Source: a virus
Virus record (IMG/VR): IMGVR_UViG_3300025280_000022
Reading direction: 5' to 3' (one strand)
Length of the DNA stretch: 64,000 nt
Below, piece by piece: positions 42,201 to 50,312 of the stretch. Positions within the stretch are counted from its first letter, which is position 1; every line of letters begins with the position of its first letter. The position numbers and the translations under genes were made by a program. The notes beneath the pieces were generated by a model. That model worked only from the letters and a program-made list of their open reading frames with translations, did no database searches and was not told where the DNA came from.

Positions 42201-44798
42201 CTGAAGGGGGCCGTGAAGAAGGTACCGTGGGCGAAGACCCTGAAGATGATGGGGTGGCCCCTTATGACCCTCCTGGAGGGTTGGGGATTATTCTCGGGCG
42301 GAGGCCTGGGAAAGCATGTCGGCATGCCAGAAGGAGCCAAGGGGGTTGTGGGGCGCGGGTTCACGGAGCAGGATCGCGTAATGGAAATGGCGGCAGTTTT
42401 GGGCATAAGAAATCAGGGCTATGATGGACCAATTTGGGAGTCCCCTCATCCCAAAGCGCGGAACTCGACGGCAACCCAGATTCCAGACGAACTTAAGGCC
42501 TCAAAAAATCCTTGGTCTTCCCAGCAGCTTAAAAGGAAAATAAATGCGGGCGTAGGTGTTCATACGGCAGAGAGAATAGGAGGATTTGGAGGCTCCATAA
42601 TCGGTGGCGTTATAGGGGGCGCCTTAGGGGGTCTTTTTGGCCCCACTCCTGCCGCATGGCTGGTACCTATCATGGCGGCGTTAGGGGCATGGGGAGGCAG
42701 CTATGTTGGAGGCTACCTGGCAAATAAAATAATTGGGCCCCAGGCCAAGAAGCATCCTGACAAAATACCAGACTGGCTCGTAGGCATGGGCGGCATGGTC
42801 CGCGGTAATTCTCCATGGATTTCGAAGTTTATACGGGACAAAATAAAAACTTTTGAGACAAACGAAAGAACTAGGTTGATGAGCTATTGGGAGGAGGACC
42901 AAACAGCCGCTCTTGGGGTCCCTGAGCCTAAAGTCGATGATCCGAAAAAGGGACCAGTGATACCACAACCTGGCATGGTACCTCCCCAGTTCCAAAGTCT
43001 TGAGAAGGCAAAAGAAGAAATCGACAATGTCTTGCAGGGTTGGGCAAATGCTCGCGATCCCGCTTTTGTGCAATTGCTTATGCAGGGAGGAAGAGGATTT
43101 GCGGATCCGAACGAAGATTTCTTCCGTAAGCGCGCTGAAGCACCCTTTCAATATGGCAGAATTCAATTGCCTTGGTTTAGGAAGCTGGGGTTAAGAAACA
43201 TGTATCCTAGTTTGGGCGTGAATGGTCGAAAGGCGTTTAAGAGCGGGCCCTTAAGGGGGGCGCATACCAAGAAATATCATAAGCTTTTTGCCGAAGGTCT
43301 GGAATCCGTAAATGACTTAGCAGGAAAAAAAGACTTCGGAAAATTAAATCTTCTGCTGGGCGACAATAAGAGTATCACGAGGTATATAAAGGAGTTTAGT
43401 GGGTTGACTGGTGCGCAAGAGAAGCCTAGGCAATTCCTGGGACTCTACAAGGAAGCTATAAAGGCGGAGAATCTCAATCGGAAGACGGAGGATTTCCCAG
43501 CCGTATCATTGGAGAAATTGACTGCTGGCACCGAATTCACACAAAAGTCCGATGAGGCGCTGAACGAGGCACTAAGAGCTCTTCAGGGGCAAGGAATACT
43601 TGGAAGAGGAGCAAGCGCGAAAGAGTTGCAGATCATGAAAAATTTTGATCCAGCTTTAGTTACGCCCCTAGCCATAGAGAGAACAAGAGCAGCAGGCAGG
43701 GCAACTGGAGGGGCAGCTGTCATGGCCTTTCAGGAAGCGCAGACCCCAGCGGGCAAGATGAAAGCGATGATGAAGGGAGCAGTGGGCGGCAGAAAAGGCA
43801 CTGCAGAGAAGCTGCGCAATGCAGTTTACAGAGCTTACCTAGGGGGGGATAACAAGGGCTTAAATGCCGTCGGATTCAGCAAAGCTATTAGGTCTTATCG
43901 CGATGGCGCAACTTGGCCTGGAGATTATAATTTGCTTGCAAACCTGCAGGGCGGGAAATTTGGAGATATTTATAAGACCCAGCCCGCGAATGTTCAGGAG
44001 ATGATAGAGGGCAGGCTTAAAAGAATCTTTCAGGAGAAAGGCGACGGGCGCACAGTACCTATTGCGGCTTGGGACCTTGGGGGCATGGTGGACCTAATAA
44101 GATCCAAGGCGGTAGATAAAGCCAGATTGACTGAGGCCAAAAAGCTGCTTACTAGGAGCGTTGTGGGAAAAGACGTGGAAATAAACGAACAGATGATGAA
44201 AGCGACCTTGGGATTTGGGGGCGGCTTTGTACCAAACTTTAATAAGTTTGGCGAAGTGGCTTCGTCGGTGGCGGCGGGTTATGCGAAGCCTGTAGGAATT
44301 GGGGACGTTAAATCAATTAATATACCTGGGGTGGGACGCTCTTATTATAATAATCAGGAAAAGGTGCTGCACGGAGCAGGGATGAGGCAGCCTTTTATTG
44401 TCCCTCCCTATAATTCCCGCGTGGCGCCTCAATATAAAAATAAAGTAGAGGATCGCTTTGGTTTTAACCCTTATAAAGCAGCCTCTCACTCCCAGGGCTT
44501 TATTCCTAATTTTAAGGAAAATGCGGTGGGCGACAATAAAGCGTTAAATGTTAAAGACTTTGACCTGGCGCTCAAGGAATTTGATCGAATTGTTGGAGCC
44601 TTTAAGGCCGTCTTTCTTACTCCAACCGCTATACCACTAGATGTGGGTGGAGAAATTCGGGTCAGGGTCAATGTTCCTGGGCTACAGTCGCGTATAGCTG
44701 CGGCGGTGGGAGGAGTAATTAAATCTCACAATGAGTGGCTTCTGGATACAGTGGCCGCGCGAACGCAAAACGAAACCGCCGCAATCCTTAATAGTTAA
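36273..44798 (+). CDS. tail tape measure protein (TP901-type core)
   Basis: 2841 aa, Ala/Gly-rich. EFSRQG, VDAQFAVSSKDLADAL.RAG and IGNAFKSIFTRI core motifs. Confidence 0.9.
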   Translation: MAGENITLNVGSRGLEADIIREVNSAQRTLNRRPLRLQLDAKGFRQPLGRITGDMNEFQKSLDASVARTFAFGAAVGVVAKVADAFKALTSATIEVQAELANINVLLGLSSSALSSFSSDLFKVAQNTAQAFKTVAVAATEFSRQGLSAEETLKRVNDAMILTRLSGLGAEQAVASLTAAINGFRREAITSTEVVNRLANVDAQFAVSSKDLADALARAGSTAQGAKVQFNELLAAVTSVQQQTARGGAVIGNAFKSIFTRIQRSGVQDALEEIGVSTRTLDGSFRSGIAVIKDYARVYDSLTDAQKAYTSEQIAGVFQINNLRALVNDLNSSFSIYDRALRVANGSTNEATQRNKELNQTLSALLAQTTAALQGFGAALGNLGATEVIGRVLRGVKALSEFISKVLDPEEGNKFAQGFVKGIGSFIAGPGLIIIGGAFLKLFTFISKQAGAAVKQIFAINTETQRQQQLQQAILAIVTSEEGVYRQILANAGNQAAQEKIILDTLRKQTAQRAQQQKFLVQMASSSAFAGLGVSGGIIAPRGGRAGSKARAQGLAGGYVPNFATAMANTDEVLVRNFAATQEAKAIRKGVGGASPGARVAQIGFNPARDAILNPDMVAQLGLPAGAQRINAAGGFIPNFAKKEKRGLTQTISIGAAGSKFAIVSPARGGGPPVALPSLVKGTSLPKGMVGAGSKLDFAFGGGQSIPIIGPLGRDGGANDSSALSTAMDGNKNILQDFILKVTEGFFGVKNVKGVRRPDFANTKADALADKSVMSELMATSKGPIFEAVLRIIQGDLTKIGGMVPNAAIDINPASQAQPNIRNFFDAPEINKFEAKTGKTGGSVPIAKKYIRDILTNVPSSSVDPQAALAAQKATRQFGKGTVGQAIAAQQLATQKKWGAGAAAAGEMPAKQIVQQGEKTFALIAKKGGFTAKLLGRKRRSDAPRFQRYTDAAFNRNDPYKTLKLDDYKGYGGLAQGFLPNFAASPITRAMKTERAMGGRPVLDFDPEVGYFVRDGKTQANFAAVKGAHPEGIAGAILNSQRAQGVAALGFIPNFQELAWTRREETSARRRNEKMNRTSGGGMAGGGMGMMMGSMALYQGAAMAPQGSTLAGGLMGAGMGMMLGGPWMLVGAAIGALATQMDPLGKSAEKAAKELAVLTSKQKLVSDGLKQYINLQGQLSDAIKEGNLTASNKVTQQLRTALADLSTTGFPDLREKIIGAAGDLGKLTSILAQVESTQLRTSLAQRATTSVDAMASAQQGRWFGLAGKDPEKATAAAQDTARSLSKLLETAPVEAVARIHETLKRGGIEEFLKTAVDEGLIGHAQQIKLAYAFKGKDMEEVAGMLTQAVGAQLQASEWSDLQRQFNELNTAVMIPFKALGDEIVKQVELLESRFKTASEGLKNVGTARIKAMEQLGIIDEARAIELRGNMQLRLLTAKADKMPVLKDKFTDEPAALGKAFQAGGGIPIDEADRLKVEQELTEQTRAVQASVAIEKEILRIQKAAASYLAISAQVLTEDQVEGIKNFKAFIERGERPGAGRESAESAAAALAAIKNVETLTGADFGREKRQARTEVAAFNMRQLFEGMGVAVEPAKGVDEFIKNAESALKNMDVSTAEGMRNQRILQKILHGLKEQQKINNMTEAEFLKKQVADAKGLADTLGIKAGEGGVTDEFALLLGGLDKGEKAQVLLLKGIEKQSGEMVGLLNDVKVAIEQAENKRAALEAMKARLQAKAQGQVQAPMGADTVSINAQTVTVSGGGARTPTAGGGFVPTFSPLGDKVRNAMETEKRMGGTPMVGYHPSVGVHVRDRFTQRNFSQVRRDHPEGLRNAVANSASLQGAMGMAGVPNFAQPTGAASFGSFLQRGDNAFVKLPHQGSTPWNNILSDKRVTYDQAKEIFGEKIADKLKVDRSGHWKKGGKVLKKPPLWPWEKMKVGRLIRGGALVHGRTGFGTQLRGIKGGRTTRLAGSALKGAKDRLKGAVKKVPWAKTLKMMGWPLMTLLEGWGLFSGGGLGKHVGMPEGAKGVVGRGFTEQDRVMEMAAVLGIRNQGYDGPIWESPHPKARNSTATQIPDELKASKNPWSSQQLKRKINAGVGVHTAERIGGFGGSIIGGVIGGALGGLFGPTPAAWLVPIMAALGAWGGSYVGGYLANKIIGPQAKKHPDKIPDWLVGMGGMVRGNSPWISKFIRDKIKTFETNERTRLMSYWEEDQTAALGVPEPKVDDPKKGPVIPQPGMVPPQFQSLEKAKEEIDNVLQGWANARDPAFVQLLMQGGRGFADPNEDFFRKRAEAPFQYGRIQLPWFRKLGLRNMYPSLGVNGRKAFKSGPLRGAHTKKYHKLFAEGLESVNDLAGKKDFGKLNLLLGDNKSITRYIKEFSGLTGAQEKPRQFLGLYKEAIKAENLNRKTEDFPAVSLEKLTAGTEFTQKSDEALNEALRALQGQGILGRGASAKELQIMKNFDPALVTPLAIERTRAAGRATGGAAVMAFQEAQTPAGKMKAMMKGAVGGRKGTAEKLRNAVYRAYLGGDNKGLNAVGFSKAIRSYRDGATWPGDYNLLANLQGGKFGDIYKTQPANVQEMIEGRLKRIFQEKGDGRTVPIAAWDLGGMVDLIRSKAVDKARLTEAKKLLTRSVVGKDVEINEQMMKATLGFGGGFVPNFNKFGEVASSVAAGYAKPVGIGDVKSINIPGVGRSYYNNQEKVLHGAGMRQPFIVPPYNSRVAPQYKNKVEDRFGFNPYKAASHSQGFIPNFKENAVGDNKALNVKDFDLALKEFDRIVGAFKAVFLTPTAIPLDVGGEIRVRVNVPGLQSRIAAAVGGVIKSHNEWLLDTVAARTQNETAAILNS

Positions 44799-46603
44799 TG
44801 ATTATTAATAGCGTATTGTCGGTGGAAACCTCTTTCACCCCCAATTTTTTTGGAGGAGATGTAACGCGTTTTAATACCGTACAACGAGCAACGGTTAGAG
44901 GCGCCGTGGTGGACGTTTCTAACGTGGCGGGAGTGTCGACAACTGTAGCGTCTTATTTAACAGACTTAATGGGCACAGGTGGCTATGAGGAAGTTTTTGT
45001 GGGGAGTGAAAGACTGGGGCTCTTTAGGTTGGTAGATTTTTCTTTTCCTGCGGGAGATTTAGTAAATTATAGCGAAGCAACGCTTGTATTCGAAGGTCAA
45101 TCGGTAGGAGATGTTTCGCCCATCAGCGATGATCCTTATTATGACTGTTTTGTAAATTCTGCTGTTTTTGCATACGCTTCCGAGATAGGGGAATCATGGA
45201 GTTATTCGAGGAGTAATAATAGTTTTTCAATCAATCACACCTTAACCTTAACCCTCCTCGCTCAGGTTAATCAAGCTCAAGGGATGGTAGTTTCCCCTCT
45301 TAGTAGACTTCGTGATTTGAGTGGCAACCCTGCTCTGAGCGCGGGAGTGGCTAACCCTGCGCAGTTAAGTGTGGGGACCGTAGCTCAGGCTAGCGCGCGA
45401 ACTTTTGCGCATAAAATCTTTCGGTGCACGGATATAGCAGGGGTTCCTTGGTTTACAATGGGTTTAGATGGAGGGCCAGGCGGAAGCACTATCAGTGATT
45501 TTCCCGACCCAGGCAGTACCTGGAAAAAAATATTTTCACAAACAGAAGATAAAATGCAAAATACGGTAAGCTATACTGAGACTTTTGAGTCCAGTAATCC
45601 TAATGCAGATGACGGTGTTGCGTATCAAAGATCTTCAACTTTTGCTCGTGACACTAATAATGTTGTGTCTGTTAGGGAAGAGGGGGAGGTTGAGGATCTT
45701 GGTAGCATAGGTTCTCCCAGCTGGCTCCTAGGGGAAGGCGCTGATACGGTTGTGGACGACCTTTTAAAGCCTGAGGGCGATGCAGTGACGCGTCTTCAAG
45801 CGTTTTTTACGGACTTAAAGTCGGATGTAGACGAGCCTCTCGCTGTCGAAAATGGATATCCCAAGGTGGTTTTTACGTCTAAGAGTATTAACAATCTAAC
45901 TTCTAGTGTTAGTTATTCCCTTGTTCTCAGTAATGATCCTACATTAACGGGAGGGACAGGTTTCACTTACTCAAGCACGCTTTCCACTAATAAGGAAGGG
46001 TGTTGGATAGCTAAGAATTACACCATGAATTATAAGGGGAATGGGCCTACGTATCAAAGTGGCATCTATGTAGCGTGGAAGCAGGCCGTTTCGGGTGCAA
46101 GCGGCCACTGGCGCCGTAGGCCCACCTTGGCTGGGTTTAGCCCTAGACCTATTAGCTCTTCCAGGAGCGATCAAAAAGGACAGGGCACCGTAACGCTAGG
46201 TTACAATTATTCCCAGGATCCGATTTATGCTAGAAATGATGAGGGATTTAAGGTATATAGCGAAAATGTGTCACGCAACCCTTCTTATGATTCAAAAATT
46301 TATTTTCCTGCTTTAAATCTTTATACTGCAGACGATAATAAAAAGGATATTATTGCTCAAGATGGAGCCACCATTAATGAGCTATTAAATGTTGATTTAT
46401 CGATAATGGGGGATGGATTTACTTATAGTGTGGTTGGAGGCACAGCTGAGGATCCGAAGGATACTTTTTGGCCAGCTGTGCTCGGAGAAGCTAAAACCGC
46501 TTTAAATACTTATAGCTGTAGTTTTTGGAGAAATCTAGAGTATTCGTATACGGTAGAACCTGGTCAAAATATAAACATAAGAGCGGAGGCTGTAGTAACT
46601 TAA
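44798..46603 (+). CDS. tail tip/baseplate protein
   Basis: Follows TMP, beta-rich. Confidence 0.55.
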   Translation: MIINSVLSVETSFTPNFFGGDVTRFNTVQRATVRGAVVDVSNVAGVSTTVASYLTDLMGTGGYEEVFVGSERLGLFRLVDFSFPAGDLVNYSEATLVFEGQSVGDVSPISDDPYYDCFVNSAVFAYASEIGESWSYSRSNNSFSINHTLTLTLLAQVNQAQGMVVSPLSRLRDLSGNPALSAGVANPAQLSVGTVAQASARTFAHKIFRCTDIAGVPWFTMGLDGGPGGSTISDFPDPGSTWKKIFSQTEDKMQNTVSYTETFESSNPNADDGVAYQRSSTFARDTNNVVSVREEGEVEDLGSIGSPSWLLGEGADTVVDDLLKPEGDAVTRLQAFFTDLKSDVDEPLAVENGYPKVVFTSKSINNLTSSVSYSLVLSNDPTLTGGTGFTYSSTLSTNKEGCWIAKNYTMNYKGNGPTYQSGIYVAWKQAVSGASGHWRRRPTLAGFSPRPISSSRSDQKGQGTVTLGYNYSQDPIYARNDEGFKVYSENVSRNPSYDSKIYFPALNLYTADDNKKDIIAQDGATINELLNVDLSIMGDGFTYSVVGGTAEDPKDTFWPAVLGEAKTALNTYSCSFWRNLEYSYTVEPGQNINIRAEAVVT

Positions 46604-46604
46604 A

Positions 46605-48182
46605 ATGGCAGACGGGAATTTAGTTAGTTATGATGGCGTCTTTTTTCCAGAAGGAGATCCCATTGTTTCCATTAGTCGTAGTTTTATTGAACAAGGCGGA
46701 GCTGCGTCGGTAGCAGTAGATACTATAAGCCTAGAGGGAACCCTGAGCAAATGCGAAGATCCTCTCACCCCCACTTCTCGAGTGAGCGATATGTTTACGG
46801 GAGATTTTAAGATATTAGCCGTTGGCGGAATAAAAAATTATCCTTGTGCCAAATTGACCTCCATGAATTTTGGGGGTAATGATGAATTTTCTTATATTCC
46901 CTATACTATTGAACTTGAGGCTTATGCTGATCCTGGAGACTTTGTTACTGCACACGGTGTGGTCGATGCTTCAAATGTATGGAGCTATAACGAGGGATCT
47001 AATGGAATCACGGACGTAACTCATAGTGTTTCTGCGAGAGGGATAAGAAATTGTACAGATCCTTTTGGAAAGGCTAGGAGTTTTTGCGAAAACTTGGTTG
47101 GTCAAGACGGTATCGGGGACACTAATCCTCTTGCCGCCGACGACAAGGGGGCTTCGAGCCCCTTTTTTACTAACTTTAAAAATGCGAATGGTATTTTATA
47201 CAGTACCACGAGCTCTTTTAATCGAGTGAACGCCACTTATTCTATTGAGGAGAAGTATAGAGTGGGAAGCCCAGTGGAATATACTACGGTTGTAAGTGAG
47301 GAGCTCGGCAAAACAAGCACCGCGGTTAACGGAAGCGTTTTTGCAGCAGGAGACATAACGGGGGCTATGGATCATTATAAAGAGCTACGAAAGGCATACC
47401 CAAAGCTTGAGAATGAAAACATTACCCAAGACGATTTATGGGGAGGCATCAATTTTTCTTTTAACGTAGGTAGTGACGTTGAAGAAACGGTGGCTCTAGA
47501 CATAACTGTAGATGTAAACGATGAGGCTCAGGGTAATTTGGTCACTGTAAGGGTTACTGTTGCTGCCGCCCCTAATAGTCCTGATGTTACTTATGAGGGC
47601 TTAAAGGCGCGCGTTGAGGGGGTCGATTTTTTTAATGAAGCCAATCAGGCTTATAGCCGCTTTATTGGGGAGGGGGGCCAAATCGGCGAAGGTGATCCGC
47701 GAAAGTTCGACATAGAGAAAAATCCATTAAATAAGGTCCTCCTTTCTTCGGAGACGAGGGAGAGCCCCGAAGAGAAAAGCTTTTCCTTAGCTGAGACTTA
47801 TAATAATCGTAAAAATAAATACTGCTTTGGAAAGGGGTCTAATATGGCATTTACCGCTAGCCCCGCGCTGCCAAAGATAGCCGAAGTACAAACCATCAGC
47901 GACTTTGTGTTTAATAATTTAGGGTACCACAGTATGGGTACTTTTAGTCTTACGGCACAGGCAGACGCCTGTAGCTCCTATTCTGTGGGGTCGGTTTTCG
48001 ACGATTATATCGAGGTAAACCCCCTTAATACGCAAGCCACCATGACCAATGACATGACGCAGGAAGACGGAGATGGGGCCACTTCTTTAACTCGGCAAAC
48101 AGTTTTTGATTCTAAGGTTAAGGCTGTAGCGATAGATGGAACACTTAGCACAATTGAAACCTTATTACTAAAAGAGGAGTAG
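46605..48182 (+). CDS. tail tip/baseplate protein
   Basis: Synteny. WSY...THSVSARG resembles the previous gene. Confidence 0.55.
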   Translation: MADGNLVSYDGVFFPEGDPIVSISRSFIEQGGAASVAVDTISLEGTLSKCEDPLTPTSRVSDMFTGDFKILAVGGIKNYPCAKLTSMNFGGNDEFSYIPYTIELEAYADPGDFVTAHGVVDASNVWSYNEGSNGITDVTHSVSARGIRNCTDPFGKARSFCENLVGQDGIGDTNPLAADDKGASSPFFTNFKNANGILYSTTSSFNRVNATYSIEEKYRVGSPVEYTTVVSEELGKTSTAVNGSVFAAGDITGAMDHYKELRKAYPKLENENITQDDLWGGINFSFNVGSDVEETVALDITVDVNDEAQGNLVTVRVTVAAAPNSPDVTYEGLKARVEGVDFFNEANQAYSRFIGEGGQIGEGDPRKFDIEKNPLNKVLLSSETRESPEEKSFSLAETYNNRKNKYCFGKGSNMAFTASPALPKIAEVQTISDFVFNNLGYHSMGTFSLTAQADACSSYSVGSVFDDYIEVNPLNTQATMTNDMTQEDGDGATSLTRQTVFDSKVKAVAIDGTLSTIETLLLKEE

Positions 48183-48183
48183 A

Positions 48184-50304
48184 ATGAGCTATAGTACAGG
48201 ATTTTATTTTACTCTGCAAGATAGGGAGATTCCTAATCAGTTTGCTTTTTATTATAATTTTAATAGGTATACGGGGACGAGACCTCCTGAGACTCCGCCT
48301 GAGTGGTTGCCTGAGCCTGTAAATGCTCTTTGGATCTTGGGGGATCAATCTATCAATACAGGGGTTTATTCTCCTGGCTTTTCGGGTAGGGTGCATAATT
48401 ACGAAGGTCTTGGCCGTCCTTTAAACCAGTTTGTATCAGGAGATGATATTGGAGTTTCAGGAGGGACGGGAAATTTTTCCGCTGGTTACATAGAGGTTGC
48501 CGATACTGAAAATTTTAATCCCACAACCCTGAACATGATCGTGACCCAAGAAAAAAGAGCCAACGATCCCGCAACGCTTTTTTCTAATATAGACGAGGCT
48601 AATAGTAGCGGGTATTGCTTGGGGGTTGATGGCGCCAACCATTTATATTTTAAATATTATAATGATGGGACTCCTTCTATCTTTACTTACTCTAATATTG
48701 TGGCGCACGAAGCTAATATTTATAGATTTTCTATTAATTCCAGCAGAGTTTCTTTCAGCGCGTTTGATATAAAAGAGAAAAGGTTTGTGGGGCAGCAATC
48801 TTTTACAATACAAAATGCCTATAATTTGCAAAGCAATCAAAAGATGCTTGTTGGGAGCGGCGAATATCCTTATAGCGGATATATGAGTAGTATATTTTTA
48901 TATACAGGGAGATTGGCGGATTACGATTATAACGCTTTAGCGGATGCATTGTATCAAGACTATAGACTTACTTCAGCTATTAGCGGTCAACATAGTGGGT
49001 CCATAACAGGCTTTAGCGGGGTATCTTTTCAAGATACGGGGGTTCTCTATAATGAAAATTTATTATCGGGTTATATTTCTCTTACAGGATATTTAAGATC
49101 TATTACGGGGGTAACTAATTTAACGGGAAGCGTATTAACAGGGGAAACGATTTATGTTACGGCAACAGGCGTGGCCTCGGGAACCCCTTTTAGGGGTGAC
49201 TCAGGATATTATGGGTCAGGTTTGGGAGTAAGTCCTCCTGCTCATTTTTATTATGCTTCAGGGGTTACTGCGGCAAGCGCAACAGGTATAACGGGTTTTG
49301 ATTATTTAAGTGGAAGCCTGTTGGTGACGGGACAGCAATTTCCTGTTTATACGGGGCATAATGTAACGGGCGTTACTGCTACGGGAGAATACCTTACAGG
49401 CATCACGGGCGCACCAACATATTATTTAGCCACAGGTTCTTCTCAGGAGCTTAGTGGTTCTGTGCCTGAGGGCTACTACCCTTCTAAAATGATTTTTTTG
49501 GGGCAACGCTCTACGGGGGACCTTGTGGAGGTTGTGACTTATACAGGTCTAAATTCTTATATTTTTAATAATGTTATTTTTTCTAATCAATCTGCGGGGC
49601 CCGATGAAATAAATAATACGGGGGTTCTGTCTTCAGGAAGCGGTCTCCTTGTTATTAATGGACAACTGCAAGTAGAAGGACCTTTGTCGTTCGTAAGCGT
49701 GAGCGGCTTGCGTTCTGTGTCTATTAGCGGTGACTATGCGCTAACGGGAAATAGTGCGTGGCAATCCATTGCTCTTGAGACGGGTTCAGGAATCAGTTTT
49801 GGGGCGGCCGATAGAGAGCTGGCAACCACACGTTTTTTAACTAATACTTTGTCGTTGGCGAACATTCCTTTTAATGCGATAAGTGATGTCAACCAAATAG
49901 GCGCCAAAGGCAAGCTAATTATTACCGACACGAGTCAATATGCTGGAGGCCCTTTCTCTCAAATCGACATCATAGGGACAGATAAATATTTTAATGGAAT
50001 TAAAATATATTCGGGAATAGATTGGATAGACAAAGCAGGAGGCTTTCAGCCCACAGGGACTATTACAGGGGCAACGGGTGTATATTATTATACGACTCCT
50101 AATCCAGGAGCTCTTTATTCTACGGGGCGTGCTTATGATTTTTCAGGCCAAAAAATAAATACTCAAAGTAATATAGTTTATATAAATGGGGTGCGACAGG
50201 ATCCGAGCCTTTATTATTATGGAGCAAGTATTGATTTGGTAAGGTCGGGGGTAGAGACCCAAATTCAAAATTCAGCCCTAGAAGTTTTTAATAATTTGAG
50301 CTAA
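48184..50304 (+). CDS. virion protein with LamG/ConA-like domain and TG/SG-rich region
   Basis: GYCLGVDGANHLYF...YSGYMSSIFLY, plus dense TG/SG dipeptides. Confidence 0.6.
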   Translation: MSYSTGFYFTLQDREIPNQFAFYYNFNRYTGTRPPETPPEWLPEPVNALWILGDQSINTGVYSPGFSGRVHNYEGLGRPLNQFVSGDDIGVSGGTGNFSAGYIEVADTENFNPTTLNMIVTQEKRANDPATLFSNIDEANSSGYCLGVDGANHLYFKYYNDGTPSIFTYSNIVAHEANIYRFSINSSRVSFSAFDIKEKRFVGQQSFTIQNAYNLQSNQKMLVGSGEYPYSGYMSSIFLYTGRLADYDYNALADALYQDYRLTSAISGQHSGSITGFSGVSFQDTGVLYNENLLSGYISLTGYLRSITGVTNLTGSVLTGETIYVTATGVASGTPFRGDSGYYGSGLGVSPPAHFYYASGVTAASATGITGFDYLSGSLLVTGQQFPVYTGHNVTGVTATGEYLTGITGAPTYYLATGSSQELSGSVPEGYYPSKMIFLGQRSTGDLVEVVTYTGLNSYIFNNVIFSNQSAGPDEINNTGVLSSGSGLLVINGQLQVEGPLSFVSVSGLRSVSISGDYALTGNSAWQSIALETGSGISFGAADRELATTRFLTNTLSLANIPFNAISDVNQIGAKGKLIITDTSQYAGGPFSQIDIIGTDKYFNGIKIYSGIDWIDKAGGFQPTGTITGATGVYYYTTPNPGALYSTGRAYDFSGQKINTQSNIVYINGVRQDPSLYYYGASIDLVRSGVETQIQNSALEVFNNLS

Positions 50305-50312
50305 TATATAAG

